A stretch of 64,000 bases of DNA. Source: Candidatus Bathyarchaeota archaeon. Its GTDB lineage: Archaea > Thermoproteota > Bathyarchaeia > Bathyarchaeales > Bathycorpusculaceae. This document shows, in pieces, positions 18,697 to 28,553 of the stretch. Position 1 is the stretch's first letter; each line of letters opens with the position of its first letter. A program made the position numbers and the translations under genes. Location of the stretch: positions 128,001 to 192,000 of the forward strand of contig CAVYHV010000008.1 of assembly GCA_963768425.1 (NCBI GenBank). The letters run 5' to 3'. The notes beneath the pieces are model-generated. The model was not told the origin of the DNA. It saw nothing but the letters and a program-made list of their open reading frames with translations, and did no database searches.

Positions 18697-19138
18697 CCTA
18701 GGCATTTAACGCCCCGTAAAAGTTTGGGTTCAGCAACGTCTTTAATTTTGACCAAAAAAATAATGCTTGATGTGACTTTGCCTTCAAAGCAAAGCAGGAA
18801 TCAAGACATGCTACGGAACGCGCGAAAAATGCCCCGAATCTGGTTATTAGATCACTTCTGTAAAGAAAAACTCCGCGGAGTCCAGGACTCCTTTGTCAAA
18901 AACTTGGACGTTTCAACTGTGCAAAACTTGCGGTGCTGTAGCTGGAATCTTACACTAGCCGCATAGAAGCAAACGTAAATCATAACTGGTTCCTTGATTT
19001 TGTTTGAACATCGCCGATACTTATTGAAAACTGTTTGTCTCAACAGGATAGAGGCTTTTCTTGAGAAGCAGCCAGGAGTTTTCTCAAATCATTAGAGACT
19101 CAGCTACCTTGCAAACGAAATAAAAGAAAAATTAACGA

Positions 19139-19300
19139 TTACTTCACTATTTCTCGTTTCTTCCAGCGCAGGTTCTTGCCTTTGCATTTTCTGCATTTAA
19201 CCGCGGTTTCAGCGTTTCTTGCGCCGCAGTCCCTGCAGATTTTCATGTAAAGCCTGTGCTTTTGCGCGATGGCTTTTTTTACTGGGTCTAATATCGGCAT
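19139..19300 (-). CDS. rpl40e: 50S ribosomal protein L40e (53 aa, absent from the ORF track)
   Basis: Manual translation MPILDPVKKAIAQKHRLYMKICRDCGARNAETAVKCRKCKGKNLRWKKREIVK; ICxxCGARN...CRKC..LR motif. Confidence 0.95.
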   Translation of the reverse strand: MPILDPVKKAIAQKHRLYMKICRDCGARNAETAVKCRKCKGKNLRWKKREIVK

Positions 19301-19393
19301 TTTGTTGTTGACCTTCTATTTTGGCTAACTCTTTGATGCTTAAGTATCAAATATACCTTTTTGTCTTCAACTGCGTTTTGGCGAGCGAAGAAG

Positions 19394-19861
19394 CTACTTG
19401 ATTTCTTCTATTGTGACGTACGATCGGGTGTCTTCAATCCCGTCTATTCCGTAGAGTTTCTTTAGGACATCGTCCAGATTGTCGCGTTCAACAATTATTA
19501 GGGCATCGACTTCTCCGGCTATGCGGAATGCTCTGGATACGGCGAGCTCTCGGATTTGGTCGTAGACGTGTATCCGTTTGATGGGTGATACTTTGAGGAG
19601 GATGAAGGCAGGCGTTGTGGATATGCCGAGTGCATTTAAGCCTTTGTCGGTAACGTCTATAAAGCCTCTGCCGGTGCGGATGTAACCGCGGCTTTTCAGT
19701 TTGCGCAGATGTACGTTTAACGCTTGTCTGCTGACGCCTAATTGTCCTGAAAGTTCGTCTTGTTTCACTCTTAGGGTGTAAGTGTTTGTGGATTTTCCTT
19801 TCTCGTAGAGGGTTTTTAAAAGCTGTATTGAACGTTTAGTTAGTGGTTCCAATTTGGTCAC
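19394..19861 (-). CDS. Lrp/AsnC-like regulator (wHTH + RAM domain)
   Basis: QDELSGQLGVSRQALNVHLRKL HTH; C-terminal FRIAGEVDALI...IDGIEDTRSYV. Confidence 0.85.
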   Translation of the reverse strand: MTKLEPLTKRSIQLLKTLYEKGKSTNTYTLRVKQDELSGQLGVSRQALNVHLRKLKSRGYIRTGRGFIDVTDKGLNALGISTTPAFILLKVSPIKRIHVYDQIRELAVSRAFRIAGEVDALIIVERDNLDDVLKKLYGIDGIEDTRSYVTIEEIK

Positions 19862-20119
19862 TTACGTGATGTTTTGTTAAGTTAAACCTTTACAAAAGTG
19901 AGAGGTTGCTTAAGAATTTGATGCTTGGTAACAAAGTAAAAAAGATGGCGCTGAAAAAAGTTTAGCAAGTAAACAATCGTTGGTGATTACGAATGGGCGG
20001 CTGAAAAAACTCATTTGCGAACTTAAGCAATTAGTCAACGCTTGTACCACAACATATTTATTTTCAAAGAAATCTTTAGTCAAGCCACTTAAAAAGTGAA
20101 CTAGGAGTGAAGCGAGGGC

Positions 20120-20398
20120 GTGCCCGAAGTCAACGCGGTCTTAATTGGGAAAAAGCCGATAATGAACTATGTCCTTGCATGCATCACGTTCTTTCATGGC
20201 GGAGCAAAAGAAGTAAGCATAAAAGCACGGGGAAGATCCATCAGCCGAGCGATAGATGTCGCAGAGGTTGTTAGGCACAGGTTTCTTCCCGACGTCAAGA
20301 TTAAGAGCATTGGAATCGGTACGGATCAGTTGCTGGCGCAGGAGGAAGGAAACTCGCCAACTAATGTGAGCACAATTGAAATAACGTTGATCAGGTAG
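20120..20398 (+). CDS. albA: Chromatin protein Alba
   Basis: [35 protein letters not shown]. Confidence 0.97.
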   Translation: MPEVNAVLIGKKPIMNYVLACITFFHGGAKEVSIKARGRSISRAIDVAEVVRHRFLPDVKIKSIGIGTDQLLAQEEGNSPTNVSTIEITLIR

Positions 20399-20438
20399 CG
20401 AAGTAGCGAAACTCCTAATTGCAGGAAAACAGACACCA

Positions 20439-20948
20439 ATGAAAACGGAACTATGCAGTTTCTGCTTGAAAAGCGGAATGTTATGTCAGAAGTGTTCAGC
20501 TAAAGTTAAAGCAGGCGAAATCAGCGAGGTAGACCTGAAAATCGCACGTCTACTTCTGTCCCTCGAGGACAAGTATCCAAGTCTGCAAAACGTCTGCTTC
20601 TACAAGGCTGTCGATGTAGATAAGACCTTAGCCATCATCGTAGGCCACGGAGACGTCCCGAAAATTTTGGGTTACAGTGGAAAAATCGTGAAGGCCATAG
20701 GCGATGAAACAGGCAAGAATGTTAAGGTTTTGGAGAACGGGGTGGACGATCGCAAATTCCTCGAAGACCTCTTCATCCCTTTCAGCATACTGACGATCAA
20801 CACTATCTGGATTCCAGACGGCACAACAGAGACTCGAGTAATTCTTAAGCGCAAGCGGGGTGCGCAGATGCCTTATGACCTTAAGGCTTTAAAGGAAATC
20901 GCCAGCAAAGTACGTAAAATGTCCTTACGCGTTGAAATCGCGGATTAA
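20439..20948 (+). CDS. NusA-like KH protein with N-terminal Zn finger (archaeal NusA2 type)
   Basis: LCSFCLKSGMLCQKC, KH loop ILGYSGKIVK, TINTIWIPDG. Confidence 0.8.
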   Translation: MKTELCSFCLKSGMLCQKCSAKVKAGEISEVDLKIARLLLSLEDKYPSLQNVCFYKAVDVDKTLAIIVGHGDVPKILGYSGKIVKAIGDETGKNVKVLENGVDDRKFLEDLFIPFSILTINTIWIPDGTTETRVILKRKRGAQMPYDLKALKEIASKVRKMSLRVEIAD

Positions 20949-20950
20949 GG

Positions 20951-22282
20951 ATGGCGATTGCCATGAACTTGGACTCTATAGGCGACTGGAATAGAACTCA
21001 CTATACAAGCAACGTGACCCCTGAAATGGACGGGGGAGCAATAACCCTTTTTGGTTGGGTACAAGAAATCCGCGACCTAGGCGGAATACGTTTTATTATA
21101 TTACAGGACCGGGAAGGAACAATCCAGGTCACCCTTCCCAAGAAGAGAATTCTGCCCGAAGTCCTATCCAAATCTGACCTTCTCCAGAAGCGGTTCAGCT
21201 TGGCCGTGAAGGGGACGGTTAAGAAAACTACCATGACTCCAAGAGGCGTCGAAGTTATCCCAAACGCAATCAAAATCTTAAGCGCTGCCACCGAACAGTT
21301 GCCCATCGACATCACCGGGAAAACACCCGCGAACATAGAAGCACGACTGGATGCACGTGCGCTGGATCTGTCTTCGGAAAAAAGTTTAGCTGCCTTCAAG
21401 ATTCAGCACATAGCCCTTGAAGCAATCCGAAGTTACCTGTTTGAAAAGGGTTTTTTGGAAGTTCACACTCCACGCATCATTGGCTCGGCAACCGAAGGAG
21501 GCGCGGAGCTTTTCTGTGTGGATTATTTTGGTCAAAAGGCCTATCTTGCGCAGAGCCCGCAGCTGTACAAAGAAGAATTAACGATGAGCTTCGAGAAGGT
21601 TTTCGAAGTTGGCCCGTTCTTTAGGGCGGAAGAATCGCATACCCGCCGGCACCTTAGCGAGTTCACTTCTGTTGATATTGAGCAGGCTTTTGCGAATGCA
21701 CAGGATGTTATGGGGCTTCTAGAGCAGGTGATTCATTATGCTTGCGTTACGGTTAGGGCGAAGTGCAAAGCTGAGCTTTCCGTGCTCAAGTACAAGTTTG
21801 AAGTGCCAGACGTTCCCTTTAAACGCTTAACTTACGACCAGGTTCTAAACGACCTGAAAGCGCATGGTGTTAATATTTCATGGGGTGAAGACATCCCCAC
21901 CGAAGCCTTCCGCGAACTTGGCAAACTTTACCCATACTTCTACTTCATAACTGACTGGCCAACGCATGCAAAAGCTTTCTACATCAAGCCGCGCGATGAT
22001 AAGCCGGAGGTTTGCGAGGGTTTCGATTTGATGTGGCGCTACATAGAGCTCGTTTCAGGCGGAACGAGAATCTCCCAAAAAGAGCAGCTGTTGCAGAGGC
22101 TTGGCGAGAAAGGATTGAACCCTGAATCCTTCAAGTATCATCTGCAGGCGTTCGATTACGGAATGCCTCCGCACGCTGGATGGGCTATTGGACTCGAAAG
22201 GTTAACGATGATTATGACGGGGAAGAAGAACATCCGCGAGGTTACGCTATATCCCCGTGACCGAGTGAGATTAACTCCGTAA
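20951..22282 (+). CDS. aspS: Aspartate--tRNA ligase (archaeal type)
   Basis: GWVQEIRDLGG OB-fold, ATEGGA, LAQSPQLYK, FRAEES.T.RHL, GMPPHAGWAIGLER, YPRD. Confidence 0.97.
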   Translation: MAIAMNLDSIGDWNRTHYTSNVTPEMDGGAITLFGWVQEIRDLGGIRFIILQDREGTIQVTLPKKRILPEVLSKSDLLQKRFSLAVKGTVKKTTMTPRGVEVIPNAIKILSAATEQLPIDITGKTPANIEARLDARALDLSSEKSLAAFKIQHIALEAIRSYLFEKGFLEVHTPRIIGSATEGGAELFCVDYFGQKAYLAQSPQLYKEELTMSFEKVFEVGPFFRAEESHTRRHLSEFTSVDIEQAFANAQDVMGLLEQVIHYACVTVRAKCKAELSVLKYKFEVPDVPFKRLTYDQVLNDLKAHGVNISWGEDIPTEAFRELGKLYPYFYFITDWPTHAKAFYIKPRDDKPEVCEGFDLMWRYIELVSGGTRISQKEQLLQRLGEKGLNPESFKYHLQAFDYGMPPHAGWAIGLERLTMIMTGKKNIREVTLYPRDRVRLTP

Positions 22283-22612
22283 TCTTTTGCGAGTTTGCTT
22301 TTTGTGTTAGTTTCTTGTCACAAATAATGGGGTATCCTATTGGTTGGCGGTGAAACAATTATTCAACCAAATAAACTTTTGCAGCCAATAAATCAGATCC
22401 CTAACACTTTTGACAATTGCCGGGGGCATATTACATGCTTCTGTAATGTACTAAGATAGCATCTCTATTTGGTGGATTACCTTTCGCATTTGCTCCTTGA
22501 ACCAGAATTTTGTGGCAGATTATGCAGAGGATTTATGACCAACGCCTGAATGCTGAAAGAAGAATTTGCAAAATAGAGGTTAAGGGGTTTCCTTTTTGTC
22601 AAAAATAACTTT

Positions 22613-22903
22613 TTAACCGCCGCCTACTGGTGGCAAAATCGCCAGCACATCCCCTTCTCGAAGCTCCGTTTGCAGTCCATGCAAAGTTGAGGTGCTGTTG
22701 CCGTTGACAAGAAACTGCAAGAAACCTTTGGGCTGCCCAGTTCTGCCTTCGTAAACGTAATCTGTGAAGGTGGCGCCGTATTTTTCTGAAAGAATTTTGA
22801 GAACCGAGTCAACTGTCACCTTTCTCCCTTGAAGGTCAGGGTTTCCTCTCTTTTGTTTACGATTTCCCGAAGGGAAGTGAAGAAGCGAACTTTAATCTCG
22901 ACC
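22613..22903 (-). CDS. MoaD/SAMP ubiquitin-like protein (frameshift near 22820; start codon not resolved)
   Basis: C-terminal LVNG...GDVLAILPPVGGG; another frame upstream gives VEIKVRFFTSLREIVNKREETL, the typical beta-grasp N-terminus. Confidence 0.85.
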
Positions 22904-23355
22904 GTCTCGGTTTACCCCCACCTAATACTGGAAAACCCGAAAAATAACCATTGCCCTGTATGAACCGTTAAATCCATCGTTAAGCCCGAAATTGACCCCT
23001 GTAATTTGCTGCCTTATTTGTCTGTGATGAAAAGTCTTGGCTGAGGCTCTGGAAGAAATTAAGGAAGAAAGATGGAAATGGGGAATTGCAGTAAATCCAT
23101 CGTTGGTTTAACCAGGCCTCAGCCAATAATTAAACAGAAATTACAAGTTACATATATTATTTTTCCCAAATTACACATAAATGTTAAGAAAATGTAAGAA
23201 AAAACTTGAAACAATTTAAAAAGAGACTAAAAGCTGGCTTGAAACGGGTCATGTGAAAATTGTGATCAGAAACTGTCAGGCGCGTTAAAATTGAAGAAGT
23301 CGATGACCGACTTGTTTATCTTTCAAGCAGTCGAACTTTCCTTTGAGTGAGATGT

Positions 23356-24124
23356 ATGAAGCTGAGTCTGTCGAATGGAATCTTCAGCAAATTAAGCTTG
23401 AATGAGAACTTTGTGGCGGTCAAGCAACTCGGGTTTGAAAACATCGAATTCAACATGAAATCCATAAAGAAAGAGCATGACCGAGACGTCTATCGGGAGC
23501 AAAAAGCCCTTGCTGCTTCGGGGTTGAGTTGCTTAACGCTTCACTCGGCTATTCTGCACGTGAAAGACCCCATCGAGGTGCACCAGGCAGTTTACTACGG
23601 AAAAATCTCGCTTGAATGTGCTCGCGCCCTTGGCGTTTCACTTGTAACCGTACACTCAGATGTTTCAAAGAAGCTTCCCCGCAACGTCAGAGAAAGATGT
23701 CTATATGAGATTTTTAACGACGAAATCAAGCCTTTCGCGAAAAAGCTGGGTATTAAGTTGGCTTTGGAAAACCTTTCTTACACGTCGACTGGTTTTGGCA
23801 AAAACGTTGAGCAGCTCGAAGAAGTCCTATCTCATAATAGACGACGGCAATATGGGAATAACGTTTGATTTTGCCATGCGCTGGAAACCAAACAAACAGA
23901 CAACCTTCTTGAGAAATATGGCAGCCGCGTCTGCAACGTTCATATGGCGAATAAATCGCATATCCCCTTCACAGAACCCAAACCCGAACTTCTTTCGTTC
24001 CTCACAAAGCTTCACTGACTTCGGCTATGATGGGCCAATAACGTTGGAGCTTGTGCACGACACGCCTATGGAAGAAATCGCAAAATGCAAAGCCCTTTTT
24101 GACAGGCTTCTAAGCGAGTTTTGA
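23356..24124 (+). CDS. Sugar phosphate isomerase/epimerase (AP endonuclease 2 TIM barrel), about 3 frameshifts
   Basis: GFENIEF, TLHS, VTVH, LALEN; continues across frames as GITFDF, NVHMANKSHIPF, GYDGPITLEL. Confidence 0.8.
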
Positions 24125-24294
24125 TGTTTTAGAAAGAGGCGAGAGGCGTATTTCTGTGCGTTTATAAGCGTGGGCTCCGTTATGTACATGAAGAGTTTCT
24201 TTTGTTCTCTGGGTTAAGCCAGTTGGAGTCACTGATTCTTTTCTAAAAAGAGAACAGAGAAGGGGTAAAAAAACTTGTATTTTATGGGTGGAGC

Positions 24295-24570
24295 ATGGGC
24301 TCTGGAAGAAAACTCGCGAGAAAGTTCTCGCAAAACAAAAGCGGCGACGAGGGGACTCAATATATGGTTAATATCGGTGACCAGAGGAAGTGTCCCGAGT
24401 GCGAAACAATCGGGTCGGTCGTTTGGGTGTCGCTTGATAAAAAAACGATGGGTGTGCGATGCCGTATGAGTCATCGGGAAACAAACAGGTCAGCGTCCAA
24501 ATACGGCGGGCGTGTTGCCGCGTCAACGAAGACAAGAAAAAACGTGGTTTTCATAACCTCAGTAAGCTAA
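24295..24570 (+). CDS. Small basic hypothetical protein with possible Zn ribbon
   Basis: GGTGGAG SD-like before ATG; CPEC...CRMSH. Confidence 0.6.
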   Translation: MGSGRKLARKFSQNKSGDEGTQYMVNIGDQRKCPECETIGSVVWVSLDKKTMGVRCRMSHRETNRSASKYGGRVAASTKTRKNVVFITSVS

Positions 24571-24644
24571 AATTGCGGTGGTTTGAGCTACTTTTTCGTT
24601 TGCTCTTTGTTAAGGGAGAATCTCGTTTGCACCCATGCGGATTG

Positions 24645-24956
24645 CTACATAACGTAGACGTCTTGAATGGTTACTAATCCATTGTCCCCGACTATCCGTT
24701 TCAAATCAGGAAGAAGCGGTTCAAGCTTTGACTCCTCATCAATCACTTCAATAATTATGGGCATGTTAACCGTGACGCCTTCCCGCTTCAAGGTTGACTT
24801 GCCTCGTTTTCCGAACCCGTCGACTCCTGTCCAAACGGTGGCGCCGCTGACTCCTGCCTTAGTCAACAAATCTATAACGAGGGGTTCAAGCCGTTTGCCG
24901 CCGATTTCATCGTTCTTCTTGAACCTGATTGTTAAGCTCCACATTTTAAGTCTCAT
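24645..24956 (-). CDS. DUF190 (PII-like) protein
   Basis: GVSGATVWTGVDGFG, MPIIIEVID, GLVTIQDV; usual neighbour of crcB. Confidence 0.9.
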   Translation of the reverse strand: MRLKMWSLTIRFKKNDEIGGKRLEPLVIDLLTKAGVSGATVWTGVDGFGKRGKSTLKREGVTVNMPIIIEVIDEESKLEPLLPDLKRIVGDNGLVTIQDVYVM

Positions 24957-25343
24957 TCAACGATCCTCGACATCAAAGTGTTACCCGCTACTTTCCCAGT
25001 TACCACTGCGCCCAAAGATAACCCGACGTTAGCTAATATGTTCAACGCCACCAAAATAAAGCGGTTGCTATCCATGAGGTTGCTGGTCTCCAACGCAAAG
25101 GACGACATGGTTGTGAAAGCCCCGCAGAACCCCGTGGCAACAAACAAAGAATAATTCGAATCCAAGTTCAGAGCAATTGACAAAACTGAGAAAAGTCCAA
25201 GTAGTGAAGCTGCCGACAACGTTAACCACTAAAACGTTCACTGGCAACCCGGCGAGGGTTTTGGGTGAAGCAACCATTGCGTAACGGAGAAAAGCGCCGA
25301 CTATTGCGCCCACCGCTAAGAGTACGAATTCAATCATTTTCAT
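24953..25343 (-). CDS. crcB: Fluoride channel CrcB/Fluc (one frameshift near 25205)
   Basis: GAIVGAFLRY, VNVVGSF in one frame; TGFCGAFTTMSSFALE in the other. Confidence 0.93.
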
Positions 25344-25369
25344 GTGTGCCTACCTTGGTTTGGTTTTGG

Positions 25370-25432
25370 GTAGGCATTATCAGCATCCAAGGAGCGGTTC
25401 TGACCAGAGGTCAAGGCTAATGCCATAGCACA
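25370..25432 (-). ncRNA. Fluoride (crcB) riboswitch
   Basis: Minus strand GUGCUAUGGCAUUAGCC..AACCGC..GCUGAUAAUGCCUAC fits the crcB motif (AUGGY, AACCGC, GCUGAURAYRYCUAC; GGCAU/AUGCC pseudoknot); directly upstream of crcB. Confidence 0.88.
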
Positions 25433-25626
25433 GGTTTCAGTCAAAAGATTAGCCGGAAATTATTATATTTATTGGATGGAGAAACTGGGGTTTCCCCATA
25501 TTTTGGTTGAAAAACCAAGCTTTTCTGTCTCAACGCTATACAGCTTCCATTAGACCTGAAAATTAGGCTTTTCCGAAACCTAAAATAAGCTGGCAACAAA
25601 ACTGTACCCATTTGAGGTTTAAAGGC

Positions 25627-26880
25627 GTGTCATCCATCATCGAAGACCTCATTGCAAGAAAAGTTTTCAACAACCGCGGAGAAGAAACCATCGAGGTTGA
25701 TGTAATCACCACAGGTGGCTTCGGAAGAGCTGCTGCTCCCGCTGGAAAAAGCCGCGGTAAAGCCGAGGTAGCTTATTACCCGCAGGGCGGAGTCGAAGCA
25801 GCCATCAAGAAAGTTGACGACTTAATTGCTCCTGAACTTGCAGGTTTGAACGCTGATTTTCAAGAGGAAATCGACAGCACCCTCCACGAAGTTGACGGCT
25901 CAACAGATTTTAAGAACATCGGCGGAAACACAGCTTTCGCCATCTCATTGGCCAACGCTGAAGCTGCAGCGAACAGCCACGGACTTTTGCTTTTCCAGTT
26001 CTTAGGCGGAAACGCCGCAAATACATTGCCATACCCGCTTGGCAACTGCATAAGCGGCGGCCAACATGCAAGAGGCAAAGCACCAGACATCCAAGAATAC
26101 CTTGCACTTCCGCATGGCGCTGAAACTTTCCTTGAGGCACAAACCGCTAACACTCTGATTCACAAAAAAATCGGGGATTCGTTGAAGAAGAAAAGCACAA
26201 CTTTTAACGGCGGCAAAAGCGACGAAGGCGCCTGGATAGCTAATATTGACACAACAGACGCGTTTGAAGTCATTGCCAAAGCCTGCGAAGAAGTCGGCAA
26301 CGAACTCGATTTTGAATGCGGCTTCGGCATAGACGTCGCCGCATCTTCGCTTTGGAAGCCTAAAGAAGAAAAATATGTTTATCCAAGCGAAGGCAAAAAA
26401 CTTGAAACCGCTGAGCAACTTGAGTTCATGCTTGAGCTAATCGAGAAGTACCATCTCGCCTACGTTGAAGATCCGTTTAACGAAGAGGATTACGAAAGCT
26501 TCGCTGAATTGACCCGCAAAACCAAGAACTGCTTGATCTGCGGCGATGATTTGTTCACAACTAATACTGAAAGGTTAAATAATGGAATTAAGATAAACGC
26601 TGGAAACGCCATCATAATAAAAGTCAACCAGATTGGCACGCTAAGTGATGCAACTCAAACAATTGAAACAGCGCAGAGACACGGATACGACCCTGTTGTA
26701 TCCCACCGTTCAGGCGACACATGCGATTGGCACATTGCCCACTTGGCGGTAGCATACAAGTGTCCCCTCATCAAAACAGGGGTCGTGGAAGGCGCACGCA
26801 TAGCCAAACTCAACGAGCTGATAAGAATCGAGCATTTCCTTGCGCACCGAGCCAAAATGGCTGATTTAAAAATACGTTAA
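25627..26880 (+). CDS. eno: Enolase
   Basis: ARKVFNNRG.ETIEVD, GGNT, DEG, YVEDPF, GDDLFTTN, IKVNQIGTLS, SHRSG; TTG at 25612 is an alternative start. Confidence 0.95.
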   Translation: MSSIIEDLIARKVFNNRGEETIEVDVITTGGFGRAAAPAGKSRGKAEVAYYPQGGVEAAIKKVDDLIAPELAGLNADFQEEIDSTLHEVDGSTDFKNIGGNTAFAISLANAEAAANSHGLLLFQFLGGNAANTLPYPLGNCISGGQHARGKAPDIQEYLALPHGAETFLEAQTANTLIHKKIGDSLKKKSTTFNGGKSDEGAWIANIDTTDAFEVIAKACEEVGNELDFECGFGIDVAASSLWKPKEEKYVYPSEGKKLETAEQLEFMLELIEKYHLAYVEDPFNEEDYESFAELTRKTKNCLICGDDLFTTNTERLNNGIKINAGNAIIIKVNQIGTLSDATQTIETAQRHGYDPVVSHRSGDTCDWHIAHLAVAYKCPLIKTGVVEGARIAKLNELIRIEHFLAHRAKMADLKIR

Positions 26881-26896
26881 CAGAGAAAGTGAAAGT

Positions 26897-27697
26897 ATGT
26901 CTGAAGACGAAGTAAAAGATAATCTACCCGAAGAAAACCAAGTGGAAAACTTAGAAGAACCAGTTGAAGAGGAAGCTGCCCCACAAGAACAGCAAGCAGA
27001 GGAACCTGTAGCTGAAGAAGCTGCGCCTGTTGAAGGCGAAGCGGCTCAAGAAGCCCCAACACCAGAAGTTCCACCTGGCGAGGAATTACTTTTGCCACGC
27101 GACACATTGCTGTCGGCAGGTATCCACATCGGCACAAGGATGAAAACCCTGGACATGGAACCATTCATCTACCGAGTTCGCCCAGATGGACTATTCGTGC
27201 TTGACGTTAAAAAAACTGATGACCGAATAAGAGTCACCGCAAAGTTCCTATCACGCTATGATCACGCCAAAATTGCAGTTGCAGCAACCAGACTATATGC
27301 GCAGGAACCAATCAAAATGTTCTGCAAACTCACAGGCGCAACTCCGTTAATAGGCAGATTTATCCCGGGGCAACTGTCTAACCCACAGTATCCAGGTAGA
27401 ATCGACCCTGAAGTTATTGTTGTCTCTGACCCGCGGGCAGACGCACAGGCAGTCAAGGAAGCAGGCAGAGTCGGCATTCCAATCGTCGCATTATGCAGCA
27501 CCGACAATGAGTTTGCAGGCGTCGACCTTGTAATCCCAACAAATAACAAAGGAAGAAGAGCATTAGCTGTCATATTCTGGCTGCTTGCAAGGCAATTACT
27601 CCGTGAAAGAGGCGAAATCGGTCCAGACAAAGACCCGCCGGTAACCATCGATGACTTCGAAGCAAAGGTGACACGCGAAGAGGAGGAGGAACCCTAA
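26897..27697 (+). CDS. rps2: 30S ribosomal protein S2 with acidic N-terminal extension
   Basis: AGIHIGT, RFIPGQLSNP, DPRADAQA, IPTNNKGRRAL. Confidence 0.97.
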   Translation: MSEDEVKDNLPEENQVENLEEPVEEEAAPQEQQAEEPVAEEAAPVEGEAAQEAPTPEVPPGEELLLPRDTLLSAGIHIGTRMKTLDMEPFIYRVRPDGLFVLDVKKTDDRIRVTAKFLSRYDHAKIAVAATRLYAQEPIKMFCKLTGATPLIGRFIPGQLSNPQYPGRIDPEVIVVSDPRADAQAVKEAGRVGIPIVALCSTDNEFAGVDLVIPTNNKGRRALAVIFWLLARQLLRERGEIGPDKDPPVTIDDFEAKVTREEEEEP

Positions 27698-27701
27698 AAG
27701 G

Positions 27702-28553
27702 TTGCCGACTATTCGGCGTCCAACCGTCGCAGGCCAATTTTATGAAGCCGACGCCGAAGAGCTCAGAGCACAAATTAAAAGTTGTTTCCTCCACAAGATA
27801 GGTCCACAAGAACTTCCAAAAGTAAACCAGAATACTCACCCGCGAAGCATCGTCGGGTTAATTTGCCCCCACGCGGGCTACATGTATTCAGGCCCAGTGG
27901 CCGCATCTGCTTTTTACGAGTTAGCGAAAGATGGCAAACCAGACACCGTTGTCCTCCTAGGTCCAAACCACACCGGCTACGGTAGCGCATTAAGCATGAT
28001 GAGGGAGGGCGTTTGGCAAACACCGCTTGGCAAAGTGGAAATAGATACAGCGTTAGCTGATCAGATAAGACAGGAAACCAGCGTCATAGAAGTCGACGAC
28101 GTCGCCCACCGCTATGAACACTCGATCGAAGTGCAACTGCCGTTTCTACAATTTCTTTACGGTGATACATTCAAGATTGTTCCCATCTGTTTTCTGATGC
28201 AGGATTACGAATCAGCCGTTGAAGTCGGTGGCGCGCTTGAAGAAGCTTTGGACACCGCTAACACAGTTGTTATCGCTTCTTCAGACATGACACATTATGA
28301 AACCGCAAAAAAGGCTTCTGAAAAGGATCAGGCAGCGCTCAAAGCGGTTACAGATTTGGATGCGAAACGCTTCTACGATATAGTTGAGGCGCAAAACATC
28401 ACCGCATGTGGCTATGCACCTATAACGGCTTTAATCACATATGCAAACGGCGTGTGTGCTAAGGCTAAACTTTTGAACTATCATAATAGCGGCGACATAA
28501 CAGGCGACCACTCCAGCGTTGTAGGCTACGCAGCTGTGAGCTTCAGGAAATAA
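27702..28553 (+). CDS. MEMO1 family protein (AmmeMemoRadiSAM protein B)
   Basis: RRPTVAGQFY, PHAGYMYSG, GPNHTG, EHSIEVQLPFLQ, ASSDMTHY, VVGYAA. Confidence 0.95.
   Translation: MPTIRRPTVAGQFYEADAEELRAQIKSCFLHKIGPQELPKVNQNTHPRSIVGLICPHAGYMYSGPVAASAFYELAKDGKPDTVVLLGPNHTGYGSALSMMREGVWQTPLGKVEIDTALADQIRQETSVIEVDDVAHRYEHSIEVQLPFLQFLYGDTFKIVPICFLMQDYESAVEVGGALEEALDTANTVVIASSDMTHYETAKKASEKDQAALKAVTDLDAKRFYDIVEAQNITACGYAPITALITYANGVCAKAKLLNYHNSGDITGDHSSVVGYAAVSFRK

Noticed and set aside
18724-19043. ORFs 18724-18966 (+) and 18852-19043 (-), and the GGAGTC-cag-GACTCC hairpin near 18876
   Set aside because: No protein motifs or SD; a 6-bp hairpin is expected by chance.
22816-22818. In-frame TGA after the SAMP/MoaD N-terminal fragment as selenocysteine or readthrough
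   Set aside because: The conserved C-terminus is in a different frame, so this is an indel, not readthrough.
23024-23070. Complete box C/D guide sRNA
   Set aside because: Box C and one CTGA are present, but no convincing C' and terminal D box follow at the normal distance; kept only as part of the inverted-repeat finding.
26897-27080. Acidic Glu/Pro/Ala-rich N-terminal extension of S2 as a new domain
   Set aside because: Low-complexity acidic extensions on archaeal ribosomal proteins are common and show no conserved motif here.
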